From NCBI GenBank assembly GCA_029838195.1, contig JALGVJ010000047.1:1-24904 (forward strand): a stretch of 24,904 bases of DNA, given 5' to 3'. Under the pieces are notes generated by a model. It was not told the DNA's origin. It worked only from the letters and a program-made list of their open reading frames with translations, and ran no database searches. Positions 9,731-19,761 of this stretch are shown piece by piece; positions within the stretch are counted from its first letter, which is position 1, and each line of letters begins with the position of its first letter. Source of the DNA: Promethearchaeota archaeon. GTDB taxonomy: Archaea; Asgardarchaeota; Lokiarchaeia; Sigyniarchaeales; SOKP01. The position numbers were made by a program, and so were the translations under genes.

Positions 9731-11401
9731 TTAATATTTCAAGATAGTACCACTTGCTGCTGAAGAAACTAATGCTTTATATTTCAATAAGGCCTTGCTT
9801 TTGGTTTCTTTTTCAATAGGGTGCCATTTTTTAAAGCGATTTTTGATCTCCTCATCTGACACCTTAAAGTTTAAACTCTTGTTAGGAATGTCAATTTGGA
9901 TGATATCTCCATCTTGTACCACGGCAATGGGGCCACCCACATAAGCTTCTGGACTTACATGACCGATACAGGGTCCAGAAGTAGCACCTGAAAATCGTCC
10001 GTCAGTTATCAAGGCTACCTTGTCTAAATTTTTGCGTAACATTAAAGTTGCCGTAACTGCCAATAATTCGGGCATTCCCGGCGCTCCTTTAGGTCCTTCA
10101 TAGCGCATGATAATAACGGAACCGTTAGGGATTTTATTGGCAGCCAGGGCTTTAAGGACATCCCTCTCATAATCAAAACAATAAGCTGTTCCTTCAAATT
10201 TTAACATGGCGGGATCTTTTACTGCGGATTGTTTAACAACGGCGCCGTCAGGGGCTAAATTACCTTTCAAGACCACCGTACCTCCTTTAGGATAAACCGG
10301 ATCATGAAACGGTTTAATTACCTTGTCATCTAATACTTCCCTTTTACGAATGATTTTTTTCAAGGGAACTCCAGAAACCGTCATGCAATCTAAATGGAGG
10401 AATTCCTTTAATCTATTCATTACCGCAGGGATTCCTCCTGCTTTATATAAATCTACAATTCCAAAATCCCCCGAGGGCGAAACATTTACAATTGTGGGGA
10501 TTTTATCACTAAATTCATTGAATTTCTCCAAGTTCAACTCAATACCCATTTCATGGGCAATAGCTGGTAAATGTAGGGCAGAATTAGTCGACCCTCCAAT
10601 TGCCATATCTACCATCATAGCATTTTCCAGGGCTTCTGGTGTCATAATCATTGAGGGGGTAATCCCTTTTCGAAGTAATTCCATAATTTGGCGTCCAGAA
10701 TTCTTAGCAATAACGAATTTTTTCCTACTAACTGCCGGTGAAGTAGCGGCATCCGGTAATGTCATGCCAAAAGCTTCCATTAAACATTGAAAGGTATTAG
10801 CTGTTCCCATTATTTCACAAGCTCCATGGGTACCACATGTAATGCAATTTAATTTATGTTCAAAATCATCATAAATTCCTTGTTCAATTCCTTCATAATC
10901 GGACATGAATCTAATTTCATACATGTTAGGGCCTCCTGGCACGCAAATAGTAGGAATATCTAACCTGATGGCAGCCATTAAGACAGCAGGATTAATTTTA
11001 TCACAAGAAGATAGGGTTACCATAGCATCTAACCGATGTGCTTCCATCATCAATTCAATAGAGTCAGCAATCACTTCTCTTTGAGGTAAAATGTATTTCA
11101 TTCCCTCATTTCCATTAGCCCATCCATCACACGGTCCCACGGTGCAAAATTCAAAAGGAATGCCACCTGCTTCTATGATTCCATGCTTTACGGCTTCTGC
11201 TAATTGATTGAGATGTTTGTGGCCAGGATTCAGCTCATTCCATGTATTCACTATCCCAATAAATGGCTTGTTCTTGATTTCTTTATCTTCTAACCCTAAC
11301 CCTTTGAGGATGCCCAATGTTACATAATTAAATGGCGTCGTTTTTATAGTCTCAAAAATCGTATTGCTTTTTTCCTTCAAATTTTCCTTTTCCTTGCTCA
11401 T
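9731..11401 (-). CDS. ilvD: IlvD/Edd-family dihydroxy-acid or sugar-acid dehydratase
   Basis: NPGH.HL, PCDG, SCDK, GAC..MGTANT, GGSTN, GNLAPDGAVVKQSA, RYEGPKG.PGMPE, ITDGRFSGAT.G.CIGHVSPEA. Substrate is uncertain. Confidence 0.9.
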   Translation of the reverse strand: MSKEKENLKEKSNTIFETIKTTPFNYVTLGILKGLGLEDKEIKNKPFIGIVNTWNELNPGHKHLNQLAEAVKHGIIEAGGIPFEFCTVGPCDGWANGNEGMKYILPQREVIADSIELMMEAHRLDAMVTLSSCDKINPAVLMAAIRLDIPTICVPGGPNMYEIRFMSDYEGIEQGIYDDFEHKLNCITCGTHGACEIMGTANTFQCLMEAFGMTLPDAATSPAVSRKKFVIAKNSGRQIMELLRKGITPSMIMTPEALENAMMVDMAIGGSTNSALHLPAIAHEMGIELNLEKFNEFSDKIPTIVNVSPSGDFGIVDLYKAGGIPAVMNRLKEFLHLDCMTVSGVPLKKIIRKREVLDDKVIKPFHDPVYPKGGTVVLKGNLAPDGAVVKQSAVKDPAMLKFEGTAYCFDYERDVLKALAANKIPNGSVIIMRYEGPKGAPGMPELLAVTATLMLRKNLDKVALITDGRFSGATSGPCIGHVSPEAYVGGPIAVVQDGDIIQIDIPNKSLNFKVSDEEIKNRFKKWHPIEKETKSKALLKYKALVSSAASGTILKY

Positions 11402-11625
11402 TATTTCATTTCACTCTTTTTTAAATGAAGGTAATTCAATATTCTATTTGCGTAAATCGTGACTTCATGAATTAATTTATTTAACACGTTCTTCCATAAA
11501 CGGAGTTTTTTTTTCTTAAAAACAATCAGCTTATTTATTCTAATATTAACCAATTTTAAAACTATTTCAGTAAAGCTATTTATGTAATAAGATATTCAAA
11601 TAATTATTATTCTTTTGGTGAGAGT

Positions 11626-12297
11626 ATGGAAAAGAACAAAATTGAATTAATTCTAAAAGAGTTCTTCAAACTCTACACGTGCGCCGTTTCTGACGCCATT
11701 GATGAATTAGGCCTAGAACCGGGATTTTTAAATTACAAGATTAGACCCATTTGGCCCGGAGCTCGCATGGTAGGGCTTGCCGGCACCATGAAATGGGTGA
11801 AATCTGAAAAAGAACTCGATAGAAACATTGTTGCAAGATTAGTGAAATTCATGAAATTAGTGCCTCCTTTTCCCATCATGTGCGTTAACATGTCGGGAGA
11901 AATGATTGCAGCGGGATTAGGACAGAGCACTAGTCGCATGCTTCAAAAATTAGGTTTTCAAGGAGGGTTAGTAGATGGGCCCGTGCGAGATATTGCTCAA
12001 TTGATAGACATTAAGTTTCCTTTATTCGCTCGAGGAATTGTATGTTCTTCCGTTAGGGGGCGAATGGATGTAGATATGGATTCTCTGATGAAACCCATTG
12101 AATGTGGAGGGAGAATCATTAATCCAGGGGATCTAATCTTTGGAGATATTAACGGCGTGGTAGTAGTGCGATCTGAATCTATTGAACAAGTATTAGAAAA
12201 AGCCAAAGAAATCATTTCAACTGACAAATGGTGGTTTGAACAATTAGAGAAAGGTAGAGAGCCATCTGATATAGAAAAAGAACGACCCCTCCCTTAA
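11626..12297 (+). CDS. RraA/HMG-aldolase family protein
   Basis: AVSDA.D, MVG.A.T, G.LVDGPVRDI, FPLFARG, P..CGG..I.PGDLIFGD.NGVVVV. Confidence 0.88.
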   Translation: MEKNKIELILKEFFKLYTCAVSDAIDELGLEPGFLNYKIRPIWPGARMVGLAGTMKWVKSEKELDRNIVARLVKFMKLVPPFPIMCVNMSGEMIAAGLGQSTSRMLQKLGFQGGLVDGPVRDIAQLIDIKFPLFARGIVCSSVRGRMDVDMDSLMKPIECGGRIINPGDLIFGDINGVVVVRSESIEQVLEKAKEIISTDKWWFEQLEKGREPSDIEKERPLP

Positions 12298-12478
12298 GGA
12301 TAAACTCCTTTAGTGGAAAGTTCCTACTGAAAATAATCTTTTTTCCATTTTTCCAAGGTTCATGTCCCTTCATGACACTCCCACCATGCTCAAGAATTCA
12401 TGAAAAGATTAGTTTTAAATTAAATTCTGCTTAAATTTTAATTACTAATAATAGTTAAATGAGGTTTAACCAGAACTC

Positions 12479-13876
12479 ATGGTAAGCAATGAGCAAGAAT
12501 ATAAAATTACTAAAGGAACTACCATAGCCTATTGTTTTGCTAATTTTGCGGATAACTCCATCCAGCAAACGTTTAATTTCCTCTTATTTACTTTTTATTA
12601 CGCTGTTGTCGGATTGAACGTCAATTTAATCACTCTGGGATTCATATTATGGTCTGTATGGAATAGTATAAACGATCCTATTTTAGGAGCTTTATCTGAT
12701 CGCACGAAAACCAAATGGGGAAGGCGCAAACCTTATATAATCGCTGGAATCATCCCGACATGCATCATCATGATTCTATTATGGACACCACCCATAGGAG
12801 CTTCTCAAATTACGATTTTTCTATATTTCTTGATCATCATTATATTGTACGACACCTTTTATACGATGTTTAATTTAAATCAAATGAGCCTTTTCCCGGA
12901 AATGTACTTAGATTTAGAAGAGAGATCTAAAGCCAACACGGTATTACAAGTTGGAACCGTGTTGGCCTTAATTGTTGCATTCATTAGCCCCAGTATATTC
13001 ATTCCAAAATATGATGATCCCCAATATTTTTCTCGATACGCCCTTGCCGGTCTCTTCATTACGATCATAGTGGCAATTTCCATCATCATTTTTATCAAGT
13101 ATGGGCTGAAGGAACGGATTGAATTTTCAAAAGACCCTGAAAGTGCACCATCGTTTTTGAATTCCTTGAAGTATTCCATAAAAAATAAAGCATTCGTGAC
13201 CTACATCATTGCGAATTATGGCATGTGGTATTCTTTTGGTTTGCTAACAACCCTTACGCCGCTTTATGGAAGTTTTGTTTTAAATATCGATAACTCCCTC
13301 CTCGTTTCCATTTTACCCGGCTTTTCTTTCATATCGGCTATTTGTTTCATGATCATTTGGCAAAAAGTGTCGATCAAAATGGGAGTGAAGAAAGGTTTGA
13401 TGTTAGCGTTAAGCAGCTTATTAATCACTGCGTTGCCTTTCATGTTCATTTCAGATTTTATTTCCGGCATGATTGTTTTCATCATTGCAGGATTTACACT
13501 TTCTGGCATGCTTTTCTTCAGGAGGGTCACGCTTGCTGCGGTTATTGATGATGATGAGTTGAAAACGGGTGTGAGAAGGGAGGGTGGTTTTTATGGTATT
13601 GATGCATTAATTACAAAATTTTCGACGATAGCCATTTTCTTGACAATAAGTAGCGTGTTTAACAGTACGGGATGGGCGATTTTTGATCCGATTGGGACGA
13701 CGGAAGAGACGATATTTGGGCTAAGAAGTTTAATGTATATTTTCCCCGCAATAGCATCGGTCGTGGGGGTTATTGCCATGTATTTTTTCCCCATAACTAA
13801 AGAGAGATATGAACAGATTACTAAAGAAGGAGAGGCTTTACACGCGAAGAAAAAAGAAAAAGTACTAGGCGCTTGA
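12479..13876 (+). CDS. MFS transporter, glycoside-pentoside-hexuronide (MelB/MFS_2) family
   Basis: About 12 hydrophobic segments; NDP.LG.LSDRT.TKWGRRKPY and VID.DELKTG.RREG.FYG motifs. Confidence 0.92.
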   Translation: MVSNEQEYKITKGTTIAYCFANFADNSIQQTFNFLLFTFYYAVVGLNVNLITLGFILWSVWNSINDPILGALSDRTKTKWGRRKPYIIAGIIPTCIIMILLWTPPIGASQITIFLYFLIIIILYDTFYTMFNLNQMSLFPEMYLDLEERSKANTVLQVGTVLALIVAFISPSIFIPKYDDPQYFSRYALAGLFITIIVAISIIIFIKYGLKERIEFSKDPESAPSFLNSLKYSIKNKAFVTYIIANYGMWYSFGLLTTLTPLYGSFVLNIDNSLLVSILPGFSFISAICFMIIWQKVSIKMGVKKGLMLALSSLLITALPFMFISDFISGMIVFIIAGFTLSGMLFFRRVTLAAVIDDDELKTGVRREGGFYGIDALITKFSTIAIFLTISSVFNSTGWAIFDPIGTTEETIFGLRSLMYIFPAIASVVGVIAMYFFPITKERYEQITKEGEALHAKKKEKVLGA

Positions 13877-14163
13877 GAGGGAAGAATTGAAATAGTAAAC
13901 TCTAAAAATCCAATTATTATTTTTTTTCTTTTAATTGGCAACTATTATAAATCTAAAAGTGAAAAGCATTTTTTGTAATTAAAATTAGTATTGACCGTTA
14001 TTGTAGTGAAGAATTGAATAATGGTTAGTCTCTTTAGGAATTTTCTTTTTCAAGCATCTTATTAGTGTAATATTAATAATATCATTCAGAAAAAGAAAAA
14101 AAATTTTAAGTTTTAAAAAAAGATGTTTTAAAATAAATTTTAGTGAATCGTGTTTTTCATTTC

Positions 14164-14598
14164 TTATGGTGGTCCAAGTAATTTAACCTTTCTTTTCTCA
14201 TCTAAATGGCGCTTCATGGGTAAAAAATCCGTTTTAAGAATTGCAATTTCAGCAAGATAAGCTACTTCACTTTCGGGTTCCAAATGCCCTCCATATACTT
14301 GATCATCTTTACACGAAACTACAACATGAAGATTAGGTTCTTTATTTGCAATTATTCCACTGACGCTCAACAGTTCAAGAGGTTTTTCCAAATGGTAAAT
14401 GGAGTCGGAGGGAGGAAAATCCGTATGATTAATATAGTGCATATTGCACGTTTTTAACGTTCCAATACCAGATATTACAATGCCATTCTTAATATCGTAT
14501 TGCTCTATGGCATGAGTTATGCTTTCTAATAACATTTCTCCCGGTTCTATTCCTAACGTGAAAATTTCAGCCGTGCCTATCCCACTCATGACTTTCAT
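14164..14598 (-). CDS. PPC/DUF296 domain protein
   Basis: PGE.LLESI, SGIG.L, LELLS.SG.I, xLH and YGGHL motifs. AGGAG precedes the start. It lies 30 nt downstream of the second RraA gene. Confidence 0.85.
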   Translation of the reverse strand: MKVMSGIGTAEIFTLGIEPGEMLLESITHAIEQYDIKNGIVISGIGTLKTCNMHYINHTDFPPSDSIYHLEKPLELLSVSGIIANKEPNLHVVVSCKDDQVYGGHLEPESEVAYLAEIAILKTDFLPMKRHLDEKRKVKLLGPP

Positions 14599-14628
14599 AA
14601 ATTGTTCTCCTTTTTAATTATTTATTTT

Positions 14629-15300
14629 TTATATAGTATCATCGGGTTCCATGCTTAAAGTTTTATAATGCGATCTTCGTACTTTTTTATCTTGTTCATG
14701 TTCTTCATGAGCATATTTAGCTACATCAAGGGCTATTTCTTGAGGGCAAACAACAACACCGTCGCCATCTGCCACAATAACGTCTCCAGGATAGACTGTA
14801 ACACCGCCAACAGCTACAGGGATATCACAATCATCATATTGTAAGAGCCCTTGAACCATTTTCTGGCTAATCATTGCACTCCAAAAAGGGACTTTTTCCA
14901 ATATTATTTCATCCGTATCACGCACTCCTCTATTTGTAACATATCCTCTGGCTCCTTTAATTCTTCCCAGTAAAGAATTTTCTGATCCAAATAATCCAGC
15001 ATTTACTCCACTCGCATCGATTACGATAAAATCTCCTTCTTTAATAGTTGCCATCCAAGCATAGGAACATATTTCCCTATAATATTTGTTAGCCCATCTC
15101 ATGTATTTTTTGGGCTCAATTCCTGGAATATTCCCCCTATATGGGAGGTATCGCACGGTTTTTGCGATGCCATAAGCTCTAGTCCGAAAGAGAGGACGTA
15201 TATTAGGAACCATTGATCCATAATCATGATACATTAACGTGTCCAATCCATCTCTCACATCAGCAACGCGTAATTCTTCAAAAGCGTTTAATAATTCCAT
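14629..15300 (-). CDS. Second RraA/HMG-aldolase family protein
   Basis: LRVADVRDGLD, G.AKT, EGD.IVID, GVRD.DEI and PV.VGGV.V.PGD.IVADGDGVVV.P. Confidence 0.85.
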   Translation of the reverse strand: MELLNAFEELRVADVRDGLDTLMYHDYGSMVPNIRPLFRTRAYGIAKTVRYLPYRGNIPGIEPKKYMRWANKYYREICSYAWMATIKEGDFIVIDASGVNAGLFGSENSLLGRIKGARGYVTNRGVRDTDEIILEKVPFWSAMISQKMVQGLLQYDDCDIPVAVGGVTVYPGDVIVADGDGVVVCPQEIALDVAKYAHEEHEQDKKVRRSHYKTLSMEPDDTI

Positions 15301-15882
15301 TCTTTTTTAATTATCCATATTCGGACACAAACAACTTAATTTCTGTTTAAAAAAAATTTAAAAATAAGACAATAAAATTCTAAATTTTTAAAATAAATTT
15401 ATTAAGCATGAATTAATATTTTTTATCTTTAGAGAGTAAGAATATTATTCGTCTTTGACAAAAATCTTCATTAAGATTTTTTTTTTTAGGTGTGGATAGG
15501 TGCCCATATTCTTCATGGAATTGGATTTTAGGAAGATAATAGAAAATGTTTTACTACATAATTTGAGATATTTAAGAGAGATTTAACAAAAAGGTAAGGA
15601 AATAGATTGGTGAGAGTGGAAAACAAGATCAGCATCGATTAGAAAGTGCGATTGATTTTTTTAAATAGTTTTTCTCTAATAGAGTACTTTTATTGAGTTG
15701 TTTAGATATTTTCGGTTCCATATCATGTTTTTTCTCAATAATAAAAGAGAACTGCGAATAAGATATTAAGGAAGGAGGGATTTTAAACATAAGGAAAAAA
15801 ACGAAGAGGTTAAATGCGTGAAATCGAAATCGAAATAGATTATTCTTAAAATTCAAATAGGAGTTTTCCTTTTCTTTAAAAA

Positions 15883-18405
15883 ATGTCTATCAAGAAAAAC
15901 GAAAAAGTGAATCGTGGTTTAACTATAGAGGACATTAATGCTCTGGGGAAAGTTGTCGAGTTAGTAGAGATATTCATGAAAAAAAATCCATTGGAACTCG
16001 CTAGAAAAAAGCTTAAAAAAGTTGGCGAGCAGTTAGAAAAATTAAAGGCAATAGAAAGCAATCGGGAAAAATTATCCATATTTTATAATCGTCTCACGAA
16101 AAATTTACGTTCTATTATTAAAGCTGAAGTAACGCCCGACCTTTTCTTTATTATTGGAGGTCATGGAGGAATTATAATTAATGATAATGGATTTTGTGAA
16201 TTTGATTCACCAACTTTTGCGTTCGATCGCCTCATAGAACGCATGAAATTGGCAAAAGAAACAAACAATCCCTACAATATTGAGGTGGCCGTTTCATGTT
16301 TAGAGTGGTTGAATCGAAATGATTCCGATAAGTTCTTAAAATTCAAGAATATTTTTGAAACAGGAAAGTTTGAAATCATTAATCCGACATGGTCGCAACC
16401 CTATGCATTATTAATAGGAGCAGAATCGAATATCAAACAATTTGAAGTGGGTTTAAAAACCTTACGTGAATTAGAACTGCCATCCGAGCTCTATTATGCT
16501 TCAGAAAGTTCCTTGCATCCACAGATACCACAAATTCTGAAAAATTTTAATATTTCAAGAGTGTCCTTGCGTTCGCGATTATTAGGAGTAAATCCAGCTG
16601 CAATTTCTCCCCACATTACGTGGATTGGGTTAGACGATACGAAAATTGATGCTATTGTCGACCAGTCGGGATTATATAATGGTGAATTTTTTCACGGTAC
16701 TTTTTTTCAAGAACTTCCAAGCTTATTATTCCAAGCCGTTTCCCGCCCTTTTATAAAAGAAATATTATATTCTTCCTTAGAAGATTTTGTCATGCCTCTT
16801 CCCTATCAAGAAGAAATATGGAGAGTACAATCAAGGGAAGAAATTTTTGGAAAATTCATTACTTGCTCAGAAGCCTTTGAATTTCTCTTGTTAAATGGTG
16901 AATATAAATATAAAAGAGATGATTTCATGTTAGGGGATTATATTTTTAATACACCCGATTTACTACTTCAAAATAAAAATGCAGAAATTTCCTTGATTAC
17001 TGCTGAAATTGTCAATTGTTTAGCATGTTTTGAAGACTCTTCCGAAAACGCAGAAAATGATGTATTTCTTGAAAATTGTTGGAAGAATTTATTGCTCACG
17101 CAAGCCCATGATTGTCATGCCGTGCCATTCATTCGTACAGGAGATTATTCAAGCAGGCAATTAAGTAAAGAAGAATTTAATAAACTAGATTTGAATGCAT
17201 GTGAATATAACATTTCGCAATTAAGCATTAAAATTCTTGAAGAACTTCAAGAAAAATGCGGAAAATTCATAAAAAAAAATCTTAAAAAGATCATGAAAAG
17301 TGTTGAGGGAAGTAAAAGTTCAGATAAAAAATATCCCGATGTCATGGTTTTTAATCCTACCTCTATCTTTAGAAGAGAATTAGTTGAAATCGAGGCAGAT
17401 TTGGCCGGGGTGAAAGATCTTTCCTTGATAGGAGCAGATGAACCAATTCCTTTTGAACTCATGGAGGGTAAATTATATTTCTTAATAGAAGTTCCTGCAT
17501 TTGGATATACAATTTGTACATTTCAAGAAATAAAGGAAGAACAACCCATACTCATACCAGAATTTTATTATAAGGCGGAAATCTTAAAAGATGGAGAAAC
17601 AATTCAAATTAATTTTAAGAATAAACCAATCATTACCTTGAAATTTAATTCGGATCGTCCATACCAATTATCAATCCAGAAAGAATATTCAAATAAAGTC
17701 TTTCAATGCTTGGAAATTCTCGGAACATCTAACGATTCTAAACAACATTTTAAAATGTCCATTACTCAACAAGAAAAAGGCGAAAGATTAGAATTCCGTT
17801 TAGAAGCGTCTTTTCTTAAAGAATTGATTCTACAACCAGAAATTCAGATAAATGAAACTCATGTGAATTACCCTTTTGGGATTGAAAAAACGGGACGAAC
17901 AAAAATTCAAGCATTAGACTTCATGTGGTTAAAAGGAACAGATAAAGGCATTCTTTACATTCAAAAAAATAGCCCTCAATTCTTAATAAATCGAGAATCG
18001 TTTGAAGTAAGGAATGTTTTGAAGAAAGCAAGCGTTCATGAATTTTGTATTGCATGTACAGCCAATAACTCTCATGAATATCATGATTGCATGAATATCA
18101 TGCAATCTTATTATTATAAGGTTTTAACAACGATTAAGTACGATGATATTGATCATGCAATGAAAAAACATTCCTTTTTTCAGATTGAGCCTAATGTTTC
18201 TGTTATAAGTTTCTGGAGGCGAAAAAATAATATTTTCATTCGGTTTTTTAATCCTAGTGATAAAAAAGCTACAGTATCGATTCAAGGCGACATGATTTCT
18301 AATAAAATTGAAAAGGTAAATTTTCTTTTAGAAAAAATTGCTATTCTTGAAGAACCTACAATTATAATGGAACCTTGGAAAATCCTTACTTTCAAATTAA
18401 GTTAA
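15883..18405 (+). CDS. Glycoside hydrolase, GH38-like architecture with GH57-like catalytic barrel
   Basis: GKFEIINPTWSQPY..LIGAESNIKQF, YYASESSLHPQIPQIL, WIGLD, middle-domain WKNLLLTQAHD, and VFNP, EVPAFGY, IRFFNP, PWKILTF beta-domain motifs. Confidence 0.7.
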   Translation: MSIKKNEKVNRGLTIEDINALGKVVELVEIFMKKNPLELARKKLKKVGEQLEKLKAIESNREKLSIFYNRLTKNLRSIIKAEVTPDLFFIIGGHGGIIINDNGFCEFDSPTFAFDRLIERMKLAKETNNPYNIEVAVSCLEWLNRNDSDKFLKFKNIFETGKFEIINPTWSQPYALLIGAESNIKQFEVGLKTLRELELPSELYYASESSLHPQIPQILKNFNISRVSLRSRLLGVNPAAISPHITWIGLDDTKIDAIVDQSGLYNGEFFHGTFFQELPSLLFQAVSRPFIKEILYSSLEDFVMPLPYQEEIWRVQSREEIFGKFITCSEAFEFLLLNGEYKYKRDDFMLGDYIFNTPDLLLQNKNAEISLITAEIVNCLACFEDSSENAENDVFLENCWKNLLLTQAHDCHAVPFIRTGDYSSRQLSKEEFNKLDLNACEYNISQLSIKILEELQEKCGKFIKKNLKKIMKSVEGSKSSDKKYPDVMVFNPTSIFRRELVEIEADLAGVKDLSLIGADEPIPFELMEGKLYFLIEVPAFGYTICTFQEIKEEQPILIPEFYYKAEILKDGETIQINFKNKPIITLKFNSDRPYQLSIQKEYSNKVFQCLEILGTSNDSKQHFKMSITQQEKGERLEFRLEASFLKELILQPEIQINETHVNYPFGIEKTGRTKIQALDFMWLKGTDKGILYIQKNSPQFLINRESFEVRNVLKKASVHEFCIACTANNSHEYHDCMNIMQSYYYKVLTTIKYDDIDHAMKKHSFFQIEPNVSVISFWRRKNNIFIRFFNPSDKKATVSIQGDMISNKIEKVNFLLEKIAILEEPTIIMEPWKILTFKLS

Positions 18406-18553
18406 AAAATTTTATTTCTTTATCCCTTAATCTCCCACGGTTCTAAGAATATTATAACTCATGTCCTTGAGATTATCGATTTTTTTAGCATGAAATCGTT
18501 CATAAAACCATAACACGCATTTTATTCTCGTTCTAAATATTAATGAAGAATGT

Positions 18554-18569
18554 GTGAACTTAAGTTCAT
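18554..18569. repeat. Palindrome GTGAAC-TTAA-GTTCAT (copy 3 of 4)
   Basis: Perfect 14-bp palindrome TGAACTTAAGTTCA at 18555-18568, about 30 nt upstream of a TATA-like GATAAACCTTTAATTA. Confidence 0.75.
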
Positions 18570-18680
18570 TTTTACCAAGAGAAAGTAAAATAAGATAAAC
18601 CTTTAATTACAAACATGATAATTTTACTCATGAGTTTTTTAGTGTAATTCCATGAAAAGGATAAAAAAAAGTGAGAAAAG

Positions 18681-19637
18681 ATTCAAGTAATAAATGTGCA
18701 TGGGCATCTCTTCCATAAAAATCACGCGTCTGATAAGTTTTATGAAATATATGCTAAGTTAATCGCAAAACAAATGAATTTATCCATTGAACAAGTGCGG
18801 GAGCGCGTGATACCCATGTTATGGGCATGTGATATCAACGCTCATGTAGAAGCAATGGATGAGGCTGGAATTGATAAAGCTGTTGTCATGGCCGTTGATT
18901 GGGGCATGAATGAAGATGTGGGAGAAGCGCCTTGGTCTATTGAAGAAATAAATAAACAAGTATATGAACAAGTAAAGGAATATCCGGATAAAATACACGC
19001 TCTATGTGCGGTTGACCCTCGAAGGGGAGAAAAAGCCATTCAGTTGGTTGAAAAAGCAGTACAAGAATGGGATATGAAAGGCGTAAAATTCCATCCAACT
19101 GCGGGCTATTATCCCGATGATCCTGCTTTTTATCCTCTTTATGAAAAATGCGTGGAATTAGATATTCCCCTCTGTTCTCATACGGCTGCTACAATAAACG
19201 CTCCCTTCATGTCTAAATTTGCTAATCCGATTTACCTTGATACGGTGGCGGCAAAATTTCCAGATCTAAAAATATTAATGATCCATTTCGGAAGCCTTAG
19301 TTATACAATGAATTGTGTAGAGATCATGGCCTGTCGTCCAAATGTTCATACAGAATTTTCGGGATATCAAGCTCATGCCACGACCATGCCAGATTATTTT
19401 TTAAAGACATTAAGATATATTTTGGATGCTCCTACGCTCATTGGGCCCCCTATTCGCGAAAAATTAATGTTTGGTACGGATTGGCCTTATTTAGAAACAA
19501 TTATGGATCAAAAAACATGGGTGGAATGGTTTAACAACATTCCACAATTGGCTGAAACTCTAAATATTAAATTTAAGCAGAGAGAAATTAAATATATCTT
19601 AGCCAAGAATGCAGAGAAATTTTTTAATTTAAAGTGA
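18681..19637 (+). CDS. Amidohydrolase_2 family metallo-hydrolase/decarboxylase (track start GTG 18696; probable start ATT 18681 or ATA 18690)
   Basis: INVHGH, MDEAGIDKAVV, KGVKFHP, PLYEKC.EL.IP...H, FPDLKILMIH.G and LMFGTDWP motifs. Confidence 0.88.
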   Translation: MQVINVHGHLFHKNHASDKFYEIYAKLIAKQMNLSIEQVRERVIPMLWACDINAHVEAMDEAGIDKAVVMAVDWGMNEDVGEAPWSIEEINKQVYEQVKEYPDKIHALCAVDPRRGEKAIQLVEKAVQEWDMKGVKFHPTAGYYPDDPAFYPLYEKCVELDIPLCSHTAATINAPFMSKFANPIYLDTVAAKFPDLKILMIHFGSLSYTMNCVEIMACRPNVHTEFSGYQAHATTMPDYFLKTLRYILDAPTLIGPPIREKLMFGTDWPYLETIMDQKTWVEWFNNIPQLAETLNIKFKQREIKYILAKNAEKFFNLK

Positions 19638-19761
19638 AAACAATCAAGAAAGATTAACTTGATTTAAAACATGTGGCAAGAGATCCAATCTCTTTAAACG
19701 AGAATACATTTAGATTTTTAATTAAACGTGAATTAATTAAAAATAATGAGTAAATTAAACG

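Noticed and set aside
15629-15856. 75-aa minus-strand ORF in the long intergenic region
   Set aside because: TTG start, low-complexity F/K-rich sequence and no recognisable motif. The opposite strand has several stops and no identifiable relic.
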